Below, piece after piece: positions 25,192 through 33,464 of a stretch of 46,656 nucleotides of DNA. The DNA is from Chloroflexota bacterium (GTDB lineage Bacteria; Chloroflexota; Dehalococcoidia; DSTF01; JACRBR01): positions 1-46,656 of the forward strand of contig JACRBR010000202.1 in NCBI GenBank assembly GCA_016213125.1, in the 5' to 3' direction. Position 1 is the stretch's first letter; each line of letters starts with the position of its first letter. Made by a program: the position numbers and the translations under genes. The notes below the pieces were generated by a model. The model was not told where the DNA came from. It made no database searches and saw nothing but the letters and a program-made list of their open reading frames with translations.

Positions 25192-25575
25192 TTACGCTTT
25201 GCGACCGCCCGGGATCTTGCCGCCGGCAACCATCAGGGCCGTACCTGCAGCGAGGACTGCGGCCGCGAGGCCCAGCAGCACCATCGTGTTCGCAGCGCCG
25301 TTCGTGCCGGCCGTGCCGTAGCCGGCCGAAGGCAACGTGCCCGCACCGGCCTGGTTGCCGGCGTTCGTCGTCACCGGGTTGGTCGGCGGCTCAACCGGCG
25401 ACTGCGGCGGCGTGCTCGGCGCGACGGTCGGCTGTGCCGCGACTGTGGTCGGCGTCGCATCTGTGTTGTCCGTGCCGGCGCCTGACGTCGTCGTCACCGC
25501 CATGCTTGCGATGGTCAGCCCTGCCACAACCACGGTCGCGGCGATGCCGAGCAACGCACCCTTTGTCTTCAACAT
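25192..25575 (-). CDS. Small secreted Thr/Pro-rich protein with an LPXTG-like C-terminal sorting signal
   Basis: 127 aa. Signal peptide MLKTKGALLGIAATVVVAGLTIASMA. About 70-residue low-complexity region with ~17 Thr and ~10 Pro (DATPTTVAAQPTVAPSTPPQSPVEPPTNPVTT). C-terminus: LPSAG, 12-aa spacer, 22-aa hydrophobic helix, then basic tail KIPGGRKA. Strong SD upstream. Confidence 0.7.
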   Translation of the reverse strand: MLKTKGALLGIAATVVVAGLTIASMAVTTTSGAGTDNTDATPTTVAAQPTVAPSTPPQSPVEPPTNPVTTNAGNQAGAGTLPSAGYGTAGTNGAANTMVLLGLAAAVLAAGTALMVAGGKIPGGRKA

Positions 25576-25580
25576 CCCGT

Positions 25581-25588
25581 TCCTCCTT
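25581..25588 (-). promoter_or_regulatory. Strong Shine-Dalgarno (AAGGAGGA) for the mini-protein gene
   Basis: The minus strand reads acacAAGGAGGAacgggATG. This is the best SD match I saw in the window, with 5-nt spacing. Confidence 0.65.
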
Positions 25589-25975
25589 GTGTGAGGGCCA
25601 CGTCGAACCGGCGTCCGCCGACATGCCTGACCCTGCCTGGTCTTGTGTGATGTTCGGCTACCGGCCGGGCGGTCTTGACCCCGAATCGTGGCTTCCGGAT
25701 GTTAAAGCTTCGTAAACCGGGGCTGGCCTCGAATCTGAACCCAGAATCATGGCCAAGGACGCGCCCTGTGGGGCACCTCCCTTACTGCCGGGCGGGTGCC
25801 AGCCCCCGAGACTTCTCTCAGAGGTCGATGATCGACACGAACCAGTGCCCGTGCCCCTGGGACGGAGATCCGCATGTGGCAACGACTCAGGCGCCCGGTG
25901 ATGCCGTCCACTGGCGCAGTCATACCGTGGAGGCGTGATCACGAGCGCGTACGTAACGGGCCTGGAGCCGCTGGT

Positions 25976-27049
25976 GTGACGCTCTCCGCGGTCATCGTCA
26001 GCTCGCATCCCGCCCGGCGTTGTGGGGTCGCTGACTACTCCCGGGAGCTGGTGCGCCACATGCCTCCGCATGTCCATGCGGTTCACCGTCGGCTTGACTT
26101 GCGTTCAGGGCTAATCTCGTATCTGGTGCAGTGCTTTCGGGTGTCCGCGACGCTGCTGTGCTCGCGCCCGGACGTGTTTCATCTGCAGTACACGCCGACC
26201 ACCAGCGGGCCGGCGGCGCTGTGGCTGGTCTTGCTCGCAAGGCTGCGTGGGGCTCGGACGTTCATCACGTGCCACGAGCGCCCATCAACCTACGCGCGGG
26301 TGCTACCGCGATTCGCGCGCCGCCTCTATAGCGCGTTTGAGCGAATCCTCCTGCACCTGGCCGAACGTGTCTTCGTGCTCTCGGAGGTTCATGAGGCGGA
26401 GCTCGTACGCACGTACGGTGTTCAGCCCCGGCTTGTCCATCTTGGTGTGCGGGAAGCGGCTCGTGGCCGCAGCAGGCACGCGCCGGGACCAACGCTAACG
26501 TTTGCGGGGTTCCTCAGGCCCCAGAAGGGTCTGGAGGACATCATCGAGGCCGCACCGATCATCGCCGAGCGCCTGGGAAGAATTCGAGTCCAGATTGTCG
26601 GCGCGGTCGCTTCCCGGGATCGGGCCTACGTCGACGACCTGAGGCGCACGCTGGCGGCGGTCGAGGAAGGCGAACGGTGCCAGATCGAGCTGGTCGAAGA
26701 TGCGGGGGACGCCGAGTTCGAGCGGCGCGTGCTCGTATCGGATCTGTTCGTCTTCCCATCGCGGAGGGCTTCGCAGAGCATCACGCTGAACCTTGTGCTG
26801 GAGGGCCGCATCCCGATTGTCAGCGCGGCGGGAACAGGTGTCGCCGAGATCGTGGATCAGCACCAGCTGGGGGCGATCTATGTCCCGGGTGACGCACAAG
26901 GTCTGGCTCGCGCGGTGATCGACCTGTTACGCGACGTCCACCGCTACCACATCTGCCAGTCGAACATCGCCGGATTCGCGCGGCTCACCGGCTGGCGGAC
27001 GGTCTCGCAGCAGCACGCCGATGACTATGAGGAGTTACGGGCGGCGTGA
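25976..27049 (+). CDS. GT4 glycosyltransferase
   Basis: N-terminal IVSSHPARRCGVADYSREL, and a C-terminal GT1-fold region with FVFPSRRASQSITLNLVLEGRIPIVSA (E-x7-E-like). Preferred GTG start at 25976 behind ggag; the track ORF starts at 25874. Stop overlaps the next gene (GTGA). Confidence 0.8.
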   Translation: MTLSAVIVSSHPARRCGVADYSRELVRHMPPHVHAVHRRLDLRSGLISYLVQCFRVSATLLCSRPDVFHLQYTPTTSGPAALWLVLLARLRGARTFITCHERPSTYARVLPRFARRLYSAFERILLHLAERVFVLSEVHEAELVRTYGVQPRLVHLGVREAARGRSRHAPGPTLTFAGFLRPQKGLEDIIEAAPIIAERLGRIRVQIVGAVASRDRAYVDDLRRTLAAVEEGERCQIELVEDAGDAEFERRVLVSDLFVFPSRRASQSITLNLVLEGRIPIVSAAGTGVAEIVDQHQLGAIYVPGDAQGLARAVIDLLRDVHRYHICQSNIAGFARLTGWRTVSQQHADDYEELRAA

Positions 27050-29097
27050 GAGACAGGATGAGCTGGACCGGCAGGGTGCGAATGCGCACGATCGGAGCGC
27101 TGTCGAACGGCGCACCCGGCGACGGCATCTTGCCGCATTACGATCGCAACGCCCGCCCAGTCGCGCTGCCTTCCGCGGCCACGACGTACGACGCGGCGCA
27201 CTCGGTGCGTGGTGATCGTGAGGGCTCGGTTGCGTCCGCGGCGCTATCCGGTTTGATCGAGCTGATGCACGAATACCCCGCCGCGCTTCTCGTTGGCATG
27301 TTCAACCTGGCGCTGGTGTTTCTCACGAGGATGGCCATGCAAGGATGGTACCGTAAGGCCGTCGATGCGACGACGCTGACCGCGGTCGGGACGTTCATGG
27401 TCGTCACGATAGTCGCGGTCCGGCCTGTCCGCGTCGACGCATCCCTGCTGGCCGGGTGTGCGGTCGTGGCGCTGGCTGCTCTGACAACGGGGTGGTTCCA
27501 GCACGAGGCCCTCCTGGGCGATTACGACTCCGGCAACTATGCGTTTCGAGCCGCGTACCTGGGCCGCACAGGCGACTTCGCGCCAATGTTCCTTCCCGGT
27601 TACACGGTGTATGTGTCCGTGCTCCACCATTTCGGAGGCTACGGACTGCAGCAGTGGGGTAACCCGCTGCTCCTGGCCGCCACGCTTGTCATGATCGTCC
27701 AGCTGGGCACCGTTCTCACCGCCAACAGATGGACGGGCGTGGCTGCCGCCGCGATGTTCGCCACGCACTACACAACTGTGTGGTTCGCCCGGCAGACGCT
27801 CAGCGACAACATGGGCCTCTTCCTGCTGACGTCGGCGTTGTACTTCCTCGTGGCAGGCGTCGCTCGACGCAATCCGGCGCTGGCAGCGTTCAGCCTCGTC
27901 CCCGCATCGCTGATGCTCCTCTCCCGCCCGGAGGCGCTCCTCTTCCTGATCGCGATAGCTGTCGTCCTGATCGCCTGGTGGTCGCTGATGCGGCCCAGGA
28001 CGACGTCCACCGCGGGCAATCTTGTGCCGCTTGCCCTCATCAGTTTGCTTGTTGCGGCCAACGCCGGCGCCGTGGTCCTGCACGAAACCCGCCATGGCGA
28101 AGAGCAGTACTATCGCGGCTACTTCGAAAAGGCGGCACACCTCGTCACGAATGCGGTGCCGTGGGTGCCAGCGATCGAGACGGCGCACACACCAGTGGTC
28201 GAGGAGGCGAATCCGGAGGGGCTGCCGACTCACCAGACGTACACGCTTCGCTTTGTTGGCGAGTCCTTCTACAAATACGGGCTGCACATTATCTTTGGCG
28301 CCGGATTGCTGGGCCTGCTGTTCCACCGGCGCAACATGGGTCTGGTTGTCGTGCTCCTGGGCGCCGTGTCGCCCGTCGTGCTGTTGATCATTGAACCGAC
28401 GATCTCCTGGGTGCATCCATGGTTCATGCGCCATTACTGGGAGGCGCTCTTGCCGATTGGCGCTGTCCTCGCGGGACGCTGGGTCACATCGCTGGGAAGC
28501 GCGAAGTACGGCGTGATGGCCGCGGCGGCACTCGTCGCAGCGAACCTCTGGATGTCGTGGCCGTTGCTGACCTTGTCAGACTCCCGGGGCATGCATGACG
28601 CGCTCGCCGAAACGAACGCGCTCATCGCGGACCGCGATGCCCTCGTCCTCGCCGAGCCCCAGCTGAAGTATGCAGTCGACCCGCTGCACTTTCTGTTCGA
28701 CGTGAACCAGGATCCGCCCGTGAACTTCATCGATGATGCGAGCGCTGAAAAGGTGGCGAGCCTTCTGGGTGATGCCCGCGCGCGAGACCGTACCGTTTAC
28801 CTCATCAGCCGCCACGCCCCGTCTGCGCCGTTCCCCGGGATTGAGCTGGCGGATGGCTCAAGATTCGAGCGGGATGATCTTCGATACGTCGGGGGGACGG
28901 TGTTGGACACCCGCAGGCTGGTGTTTCTCACGACAGCGGACCGGTACGCGAAGCCGGAATCGATCCCGCCCAAACCCCTGACTCAGGGCTACGCTCCGAT
29001 CGCCGAGACGGTCGGACAACTGCCGCCGCGCACGGTCAAGAAGGCATTGTACCGCTTCTACGTCTACCAGGTCATGGACCGGCAGGGGACGCCATGA
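27046..29097 (+). CDS. Polytopic membrane protein, probable second GT-C-type glycosyltransferase with a C-terminal soluble domain
   Basis: 683 aa with more than 10 hydrophobic segments. Acidic loop LGDYDSGNYAFRAAYLGRTGDF after the early TMs. About 170-aa hydrophilic C-terminus. Translationally coupled to the upstream GT4 (GTGA) and the downstream flippase (ATGA). Confidence 0.6.
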   Translation: MRDRMSWTGRVRMRTIGALSNGAPGDGILPHYDRNARPVALPSAATTYDAAHSVRGDREGSVASAALSGLIELMHEYPAALLVGMFNLALVFLTRMAMQGWYRKAVDATTLTAVGTFMVVTIVAVRPVRVDASLLAGCAVVALAALTTGWFQHEALLGDYDSGNYAFRAAYLGRTGDFAPMFLPGYTVYVSVLHHFGGYGLQQWGNPLLLAATLVMIVQLGTVLTANRWTGVAAAAMFATHYTTVWFARQTLSDNMGLFLLTSALYFLVAGVARRNPALAAFSLVPASLMLLSRPEALLFLIAIAVVLIAWWSLMRPRTTSTAGNLVPLALISLLVAANAGAVVLHETRHGEEQYYRGYFEKAAHLVTNAVPWVPAIETAHTPVVEEANPEGLPTHQTYTLRFVGESFYKYGLHIIFGAGLLGLLFHRRNMGLVVVLLGAVSPVVLLIIEPTISWVHPWFMRHYWEALLPIGAVLAGRWVTSLGSAKYGVMAAAALVAANLWMSWPLLTLSDSRGMHDALAETNALIADRDALVLAEPQLKYAVDPLHFLFDVNQDPPVNFIDDASAEKVASLLGDARARDRTVYLISRHAPSAPFPGIELADGSRFERDDLRYVGGTVLDTRRLVFLTTADRYAKPESIPPKPLTQGYAPIAETVGQLPPRTVKKALYRFYVYQVMDRQGTP

Positions 29098-30431
29098 CGT
29101 CCGATATCGCAGCACTCGGGCGGCGCAGCACAATGTTCAGAGCGGTGGCGTTCGTGGGAGTCGGCGAAGTCGCGGCCAAGGTCGGGCTCGTCGTTGCTAC
29201 CCTCGTCGTCGCCAGGACGCTGGGCGCCGATGCCTTTGGCCAATGGTCATATGCAGCCGCGATGGCGGGGGTCATCGGTCTCCTGGCCGAGGCCGGGCTC
29301 ACGAACGCATTGCAGCGCAGGATCGCGCGTGGGGATGAGGATGCGGCTAATCTGATATCGAACGCGCTCGCGATGAAGCTCCTGGCGGCGCTGGCGGCGA
29401 TCGCCGTGGTGGCGATCATCGCCGTGATAGGCCGCAAGCCGGGGCCGGTGGCGCTGAGCCTGCTGATGCTGGGCGTGTTCTCGATCGCGAATACGTCGGC
29501 GCTAATGGTGCAGGGGGTGTTCCGCGCGACGGCGTCATCACACCTCGACGCGGTTGCCCGCATCGGCCAGCAGATTGCACTCGTGGCGGCCGTCCTGACG
29601 TTGGCGACGATGTCAGCCGGAGTGATCGCGTTTAGTGTCGGTTATGCCGTCACAGGGGCGATTGGCATCACGATATCGCTATTGATCCTACACAGCCATG
29701 CTGTTCCGGTCAGAATGCGCTTCGATTTCGACGTGTGGCGCAGCCTGGCGCAAGAGGCCTGGCCGTTCTGGGTCGCGGGCATTCTCTGGATCGCATATTT
29801 TCGCGTCGATGTGGTGATCCTATCGTACCTCGGCACCGACCGGCAGGCCGGCCTCTATAACCTGGCGTACAACGGGTTTCAGGTACTGACGCTACCGTCC
29901 GCCGTTCTGGCCGGGGCGCTTTATCCATCGTTCGCGCATCTGTACAAGAACGACGTACCCCGCTTCGACCTGCTGCGCTGGCGGACGCACATTGCCTGCC
30001 TTGTCTCGGGGGCCGCGATCGCCGGCGCCGCGAGCCTGGCGGTTGGGCCGGGTATTCGTCTGATCGCCGGGACCGAGTACGAAGGCAGCGTCCTGTTGTT
30101 CCGCGTCCTGACGTTGGGACTGGTGTTTCTGTACCCCAACTACCTGATGTTCCAGACACTCTCCGCGGCCGGCCGACAACGGTTGGTGATGCTGGCTGCC
30201 GGTGTCGGAGCAGCATCGAATATCTGCTTGAATCTCGTGCTGGTGCCGGGACTGCAGGCCCTTGGTGCGAGCATCGCAACTATCAGCACCGAGGCCGTCG
30301 TCTTCTGTGTCTTGAGCGTGATGGCGTGGCGGGCTCTAGGCGTGACCGATGGGCGGGAGAAGCCGGTACTTATCGTCGTCGAGCCAGCGGGCAGAGAACT
30401 ACAGGTGCCCGACAGTCAACGCGCCGCTTGA
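29094..30431 (+). CDS. Wzx-like oligosaccharide flippase (MOP/polysaccharide biosynthesis protein family)
   Basis: 445 aa with about 12-14 TM segments. N-terminal pattern GEVAAKVGLVVATLVVARTLGADAFGQWSYA typical of Wzx/PST-family flippases. Confidence 0.8.
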   Translation: MTSDIAALGRRSTMFRAVAFVGVGEVAAKVGLVVATLVVARTLGADAFGQWSYAAAMAGVIGLLAEAGLTNALQRRIARGDEDAANLISNALAMKLLAALAAIAVVAIIAVIGRKPGPVALSLLMLGVFSIANTSALMVQGVFRATASSHLDAVARIGQQIALVAAVLTLATMSAGVIAFSVGYAVTGAIGITISLLILHSHAVPVRMRFDFDVWRSLAQEAWPFWVAGILWIAYFRVDVVILSYLGTDRQAGLYNLAYNGFQVLTLPSAVLAGALYPSFAHLYKNDVPRFDLLRWRTHIACLVSGAAIAGAASLAVGPGIRLIAGTEYEGSVLLFRVLTLGLVFLYPNYLMFQTLSAAGRQRLVMLAAGVGAASNICLNLVLVPGLQALGASIATISTEAVVFCVLSVMAWRALGVTDGREKPVLIVVEPAGRELQVPDSQRAA

Positions 30432-31534
30432 TCTTGCATGGCCGTTTCGTAGGCTGAGATCGTCAGCTCGGCACAGCGTTTCCAGCTGAAGCGCTCTGCC
30501 CGTGCCAGCCCGCCCTCGATGAGCCGTCGGCGGAGTTCGCCGTTGCACACAATCTCGATCAAGCCTTCGGCGATAGAAGGCACAGAGTGTTGGTCCACCA
30601 GAATGGCATCGTCGCCGACGACCTCCGGCAGGCTGGACGCGCGCGATGTCACGACGGGTACGCCGCATTGCATCGCCTCCAGTGCGGGCAGGCCAAATCC
30701 CTCGTAGAGCGAGGGGTAAGCGAGAGCGATCGCGCCGTTGTACACGAGAGGAAGGTCATCGTGGTCTATGTCTGTGCGACGAAGCACACGACCCGAAAGG
30801 CCCAGATCGTGGATAAGGGCATCGAGCCCGGGAAGGCCCCACGAGCGCCGGCCGACAAGTAGCAGGCTGACGCCCTGCATACTCGACCCGGCGTGCGCGA
30901 ATGCGCGGATGAGCGCCGGTACGTTCTTGCGCGGCTCGATGCTGCCCACGAACAGGAGGTAGCACCGAGGCAGCCCAAGCCTGGCGCGAGCTGCCTCGAC
31001 GGAGGCGGGAGGATGTGGCCTGAAACTCGCGCTCGCCGCGAGCGGCGTGACCGTGATCCTTCCCGGCGGCACATGAAGGATGCGCTCGATGTCCCGGCGA
31101 GAATGCTCCGAGAACGTCACGATGTGGTCGGCGCGCCGTGCGATCGCCGGGAGCAAGATGCGGTGCGCGAGCTTCGATGATAATGGCGCACCTGTGGATA
31201 CGATCGGGGTGAGGTCACCGATGGTGAGCACGCGCGCGAAACGCGATCCGCGGAGGAATGGCCCGAAGTGATACGTATCGTGCACGAGGTCGTACCCACG
31301 CTCGTCCAGCCAGCGAGGCAGGCTCCACTGACGGCGCAGGCGGCGTGGTAAGGGAACTGATCGAAGATCCGGGACGGCATTGGGGAGCCCTTCGTAGAAG
31401 GGATGCGGACCGCGGTGCACAAGCGTGACGCTTCCCGGGAGCGCTTCTATCAGCGCGCGCGAGAGATTCATCGCGTAGCTCGAAAAACCTGGTGCGTCGG
31501 CGTCGATAGAGTCGGTGAGCACAGCTACGCGCAT
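30416..31534 (-). CDS. GT4 glycosyltransferase
   Basis: Preferred start ATG 31534 (MRVAVLTDSIDADAPGFSSY...). C-terminal motif YPSLYEGFGLPALEAMQCGVPVVTS. The track ORF extension to 31801 is non-GT-like. Its 3' end overlaps the convergent flippase gene by 16 nt. Confidence 0.85.
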   Translation of the reverse strand: MRVAVLTDSIDADAPGFSSYAMNLSRALIEALPGSVTLVHRGPHPFYEGLPNAVPDLRSVPLPRRLRRQWSLPRWLDERGYDLVHDTYHFGPFLRGSRFARVLTIGDLTPIVSTGAPLSSKLAHRILLPAIARRADHIVTFSEHSRRDIERILHVPPGRITVTPLAASASFRPHPPASVEAARARLGLPRCYLLFVGSIEPRKNVPALIRAFAHAGSSMQGVSLLLVGRRSWGLPGLDALIHDLGLSGRVLRRTDIDHDDLPLVYNGAIALAYPSLYEGFGLPALEAMQCGVPVVTSRASSLPEVVGDDAILVDQHSVPSIAEGLIEIVCNGELRRRLIEGGLARAERFSWKRCAELTISAYETAMQDQAAR

Positions 31535-31693
31535 GTGCAAATCATACAAGCGAGCGGCCGCGAGTCTCGTCCGTGGCGGTCTCACAAACGCCCTGAAGCC
31601 GCCATGTAAGGCGGACGTGTAGGGGAAGTGCTGATTGAGACGGGCAGGGTGGTCCGCGATGATGGACTGACCTTCGACGTGGACAGGAGCGCC

Positions 31694-32335
31694 ATGAGTT
31701 CTTCCGGGGATGGAGCGGCTGCATTCGCGATCCCATCGTGGGGTCACTACTACGACTTCGACCTGAGCTGGTCCCACCACGCAATGAACGTGGTGCAGCA
31801 CCTGCCCCTCGTGCTTGCGGTCAGAAGGCTAAGGCCTCGGAGCGTGCTCGAGGTCGGAACGGGAACCGGATCACTCTCGATCTTCATGTCGTACTTCAAC
31901 CAGCGTGTTGTCTCAGTTGACCTGTCTCCTCGCGTGCTGGAACGCGCCCGCGGCAACAGCAAGCGCTTGCGCGGCCGGGCGGACTTCCGCGAAGGCGATG
32001 CGTTTGCGCTCGATGGCATCGCAAACGGCGCATTCGATGTCTCGGTGTCGCAAGGGTTCTTCGAACACTTCTGTGACGAAGACATCGCCTCGTTGCTGAA
32101 GGAGCAGCTTCGCGTCTCCCGGTACGCGGTGTTCAGCGTGCCCAACGAGGCCTACGGGCGGCAAGACCGCGGCGACGAGCGTCTCCTGCGACGGGAGCAG
32201 TGGGACACGACGCTGATGGCGCACGGGCTCCACATCGTGCGTTCTGGCGAGTATCGGCCGTTGTCGCGTTCTGCGCTCCTTCCAGGCGGCTGGCGTAAAC
32301 CAGCGACGATGTACCTGGCCACGGTGACGCGGTAA
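31694..32335 (+). CDS. Class I SAM-dependent methyltransferase
   Basis: Motif I VLEVGTGTGSLS, and post-I/II motifs VVSVDLS and GAFDVSVSQGFFEH. ATG 31694 sits behind caggag with 4-nt spacing. A GTG at 31628 is an alternative start. Confidence 0.8.
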   Translation: MSSSGDGAAAFAIPSWGHYYDFDLSWSHHAMNVVQHLPLVLAVRRLRPRSVLEVGTGTGSLSIFMSYFNQRVVSVDLSPRVLERARGNSKRLRGRADFREGDAFALDGIANGAFDVSVSQGFFEHFCDEDIASLLKEQLRVSRYAVFSVPNEAYGRQDRGDERLLRREQWDTTLMAHGLHIVRSGEYRPLSRSALLPGGWRKPATMYLATVTR

Positions 32336-32342
32336 CAGCGCG

Positions 32343-33464
32343 ATGATCGAATCCGCGGGTCTCCGACTCCTTTTCATCGCCCGGGCCTATCCACCCACGC
32401 TTGGGGGGATGGAGAATCTGGCTTGCAACCTGCTGCAGCACCTCCAGCGGCGCGAAGATTTGGACGTGACATCGTTGATAAACCGCCGCGGGAAGAAGAG
32501 CCTTCCGATCTTTCTGCCGTCCGCCGTTGTACAGGGAGCGAACACCGCGCGTCGCCACAAGATCGAGGCGATACATCTTGCCGATGCCCTGCTCGCGCCG
32601 GTTGGCGTGGCACTCAAGAGGCTGACCGGGTTGCCGGTGACGGCGTCGGTGTGCGGCTTGGATGTGACGTATCCAAACCGCTTCTACCAGGCGGCGATCC
32701 CGCGCGCGCTGAAGGAACTCGCCCTGGTGATGCCGATAAGCCGCGCGACCGAGGAGCAGTTGCGTGCGCGGGCGGGATTCGGCGTGCCGTCGGTGGTTGT
32801 GCCCCTCGGCATCAACCCGCTGCCTGTGTCCAACCAGGAAGCAGCGCATGACTTTCGCGCATCGATAGGCGTGGCGGCGGAGAAGCCGATCGTTCTCACG
32901 GTTGGCAGGTTGATCGCACGAAAAGGCGTCGCCTGGTTCGTGGGTGAGGTCCTTCCCCGGCTCGGCAGCGACGTGGTGTACGTCATCGTTGGGGACGGCC
33001 CGGAGCGGGATCGCATCGCCGGGGCCGCCGCTGCACAGAACGTCTCAGACCGCGTTCGGCAGATGGGCCGCGTCGATGATGCGACGCTGGCGTCCGCCTA
33101 CGCGGCAGCGGATGTCTTCGTCATGCCGAATGTCCCCGTGCCCGGTGACATCGAGGGATTCGGGCTGGTGGCTCTGGAGGCTGCGGCGGCAGGCGTCCCC
33201 GTCATCGCGGCAGATCTCGAGGGAATCCGGCAGGCGGTGCGCCACGGACACAACGGGCTGCTGGCGTCTGCGAAGGACGCCCAAGCCTGGGCCGAGGCGA
33301 TTTCCTCGCTTCTGGCGCTGCCGCCTGTGGAGCGTGAGGCGCTAGGCGCGAGATTTTCAGCCGCGGCGATGGCGGACTACAGCTGGGACAAGACGGCCGC
33401 CCGCTATGCGGCCCTGATCACGGACCTCGTCCGCGGAGAGCGTGCCGTTGCCGCAGCCGCTTAG
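32343..33464 (+). CDS. GT4 glycosyltransferase
   Basis: LLFIARAYPPTLGGMEN N-terminus. C-terminal FVMPNVPVPGDIEGFGLVALEAAAAGVPVIAA (E-x7-E). Its stop overlaps the convergent protease stop (TTAG at 33461-33464). Confidence 0.85.
   Translation: MIESAGLRLLFIARAYPPTLGGMENLACNLLQHLQRREDLDVTSLINRRGKKSLPIFLPSAVVQGANTARRHKIEAIHLADALLAPVGVALKRLTGLPVTASVCGLDVTYPNRFYQAAIPRALKELALVMPISRATEEQLRARAGFGVPSVVVPLGINPLPVSNQEAAHDFRASIGVAAEKPIVLTVGRLIARKGVAWFVGEVLPRLGSDVVYVIVGDGPERDRIAGAAAAQNVSDRVRQMGRVDDATLASAYAAADVFVMPNVPVPGDIEGFGLVALEAAAAGVPVIAADLEGIRQAVRHGHNGLLASAKDAQAWAEAISSLLALPPVEREALGARFSAAAMADYSWDKTAARYAALITDLVRGERAVAAAA

Noticed and set aside
30416-31801. Long N-terminal extensions in track ORFs (also 6736-7959, 33461-35668, 43614-44309, 44153-45256, 45333-46037, 17184-18194, 25874-27049, 11073-11978)
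   Set aside because: In each case the extension is Arg/Pro/Gly-rich and lacks family similarity. It often overlaps the neighbouring gene or a hairpin. An internal ATG/GTG with a good SD sits right before the conserved N-terminal motif.
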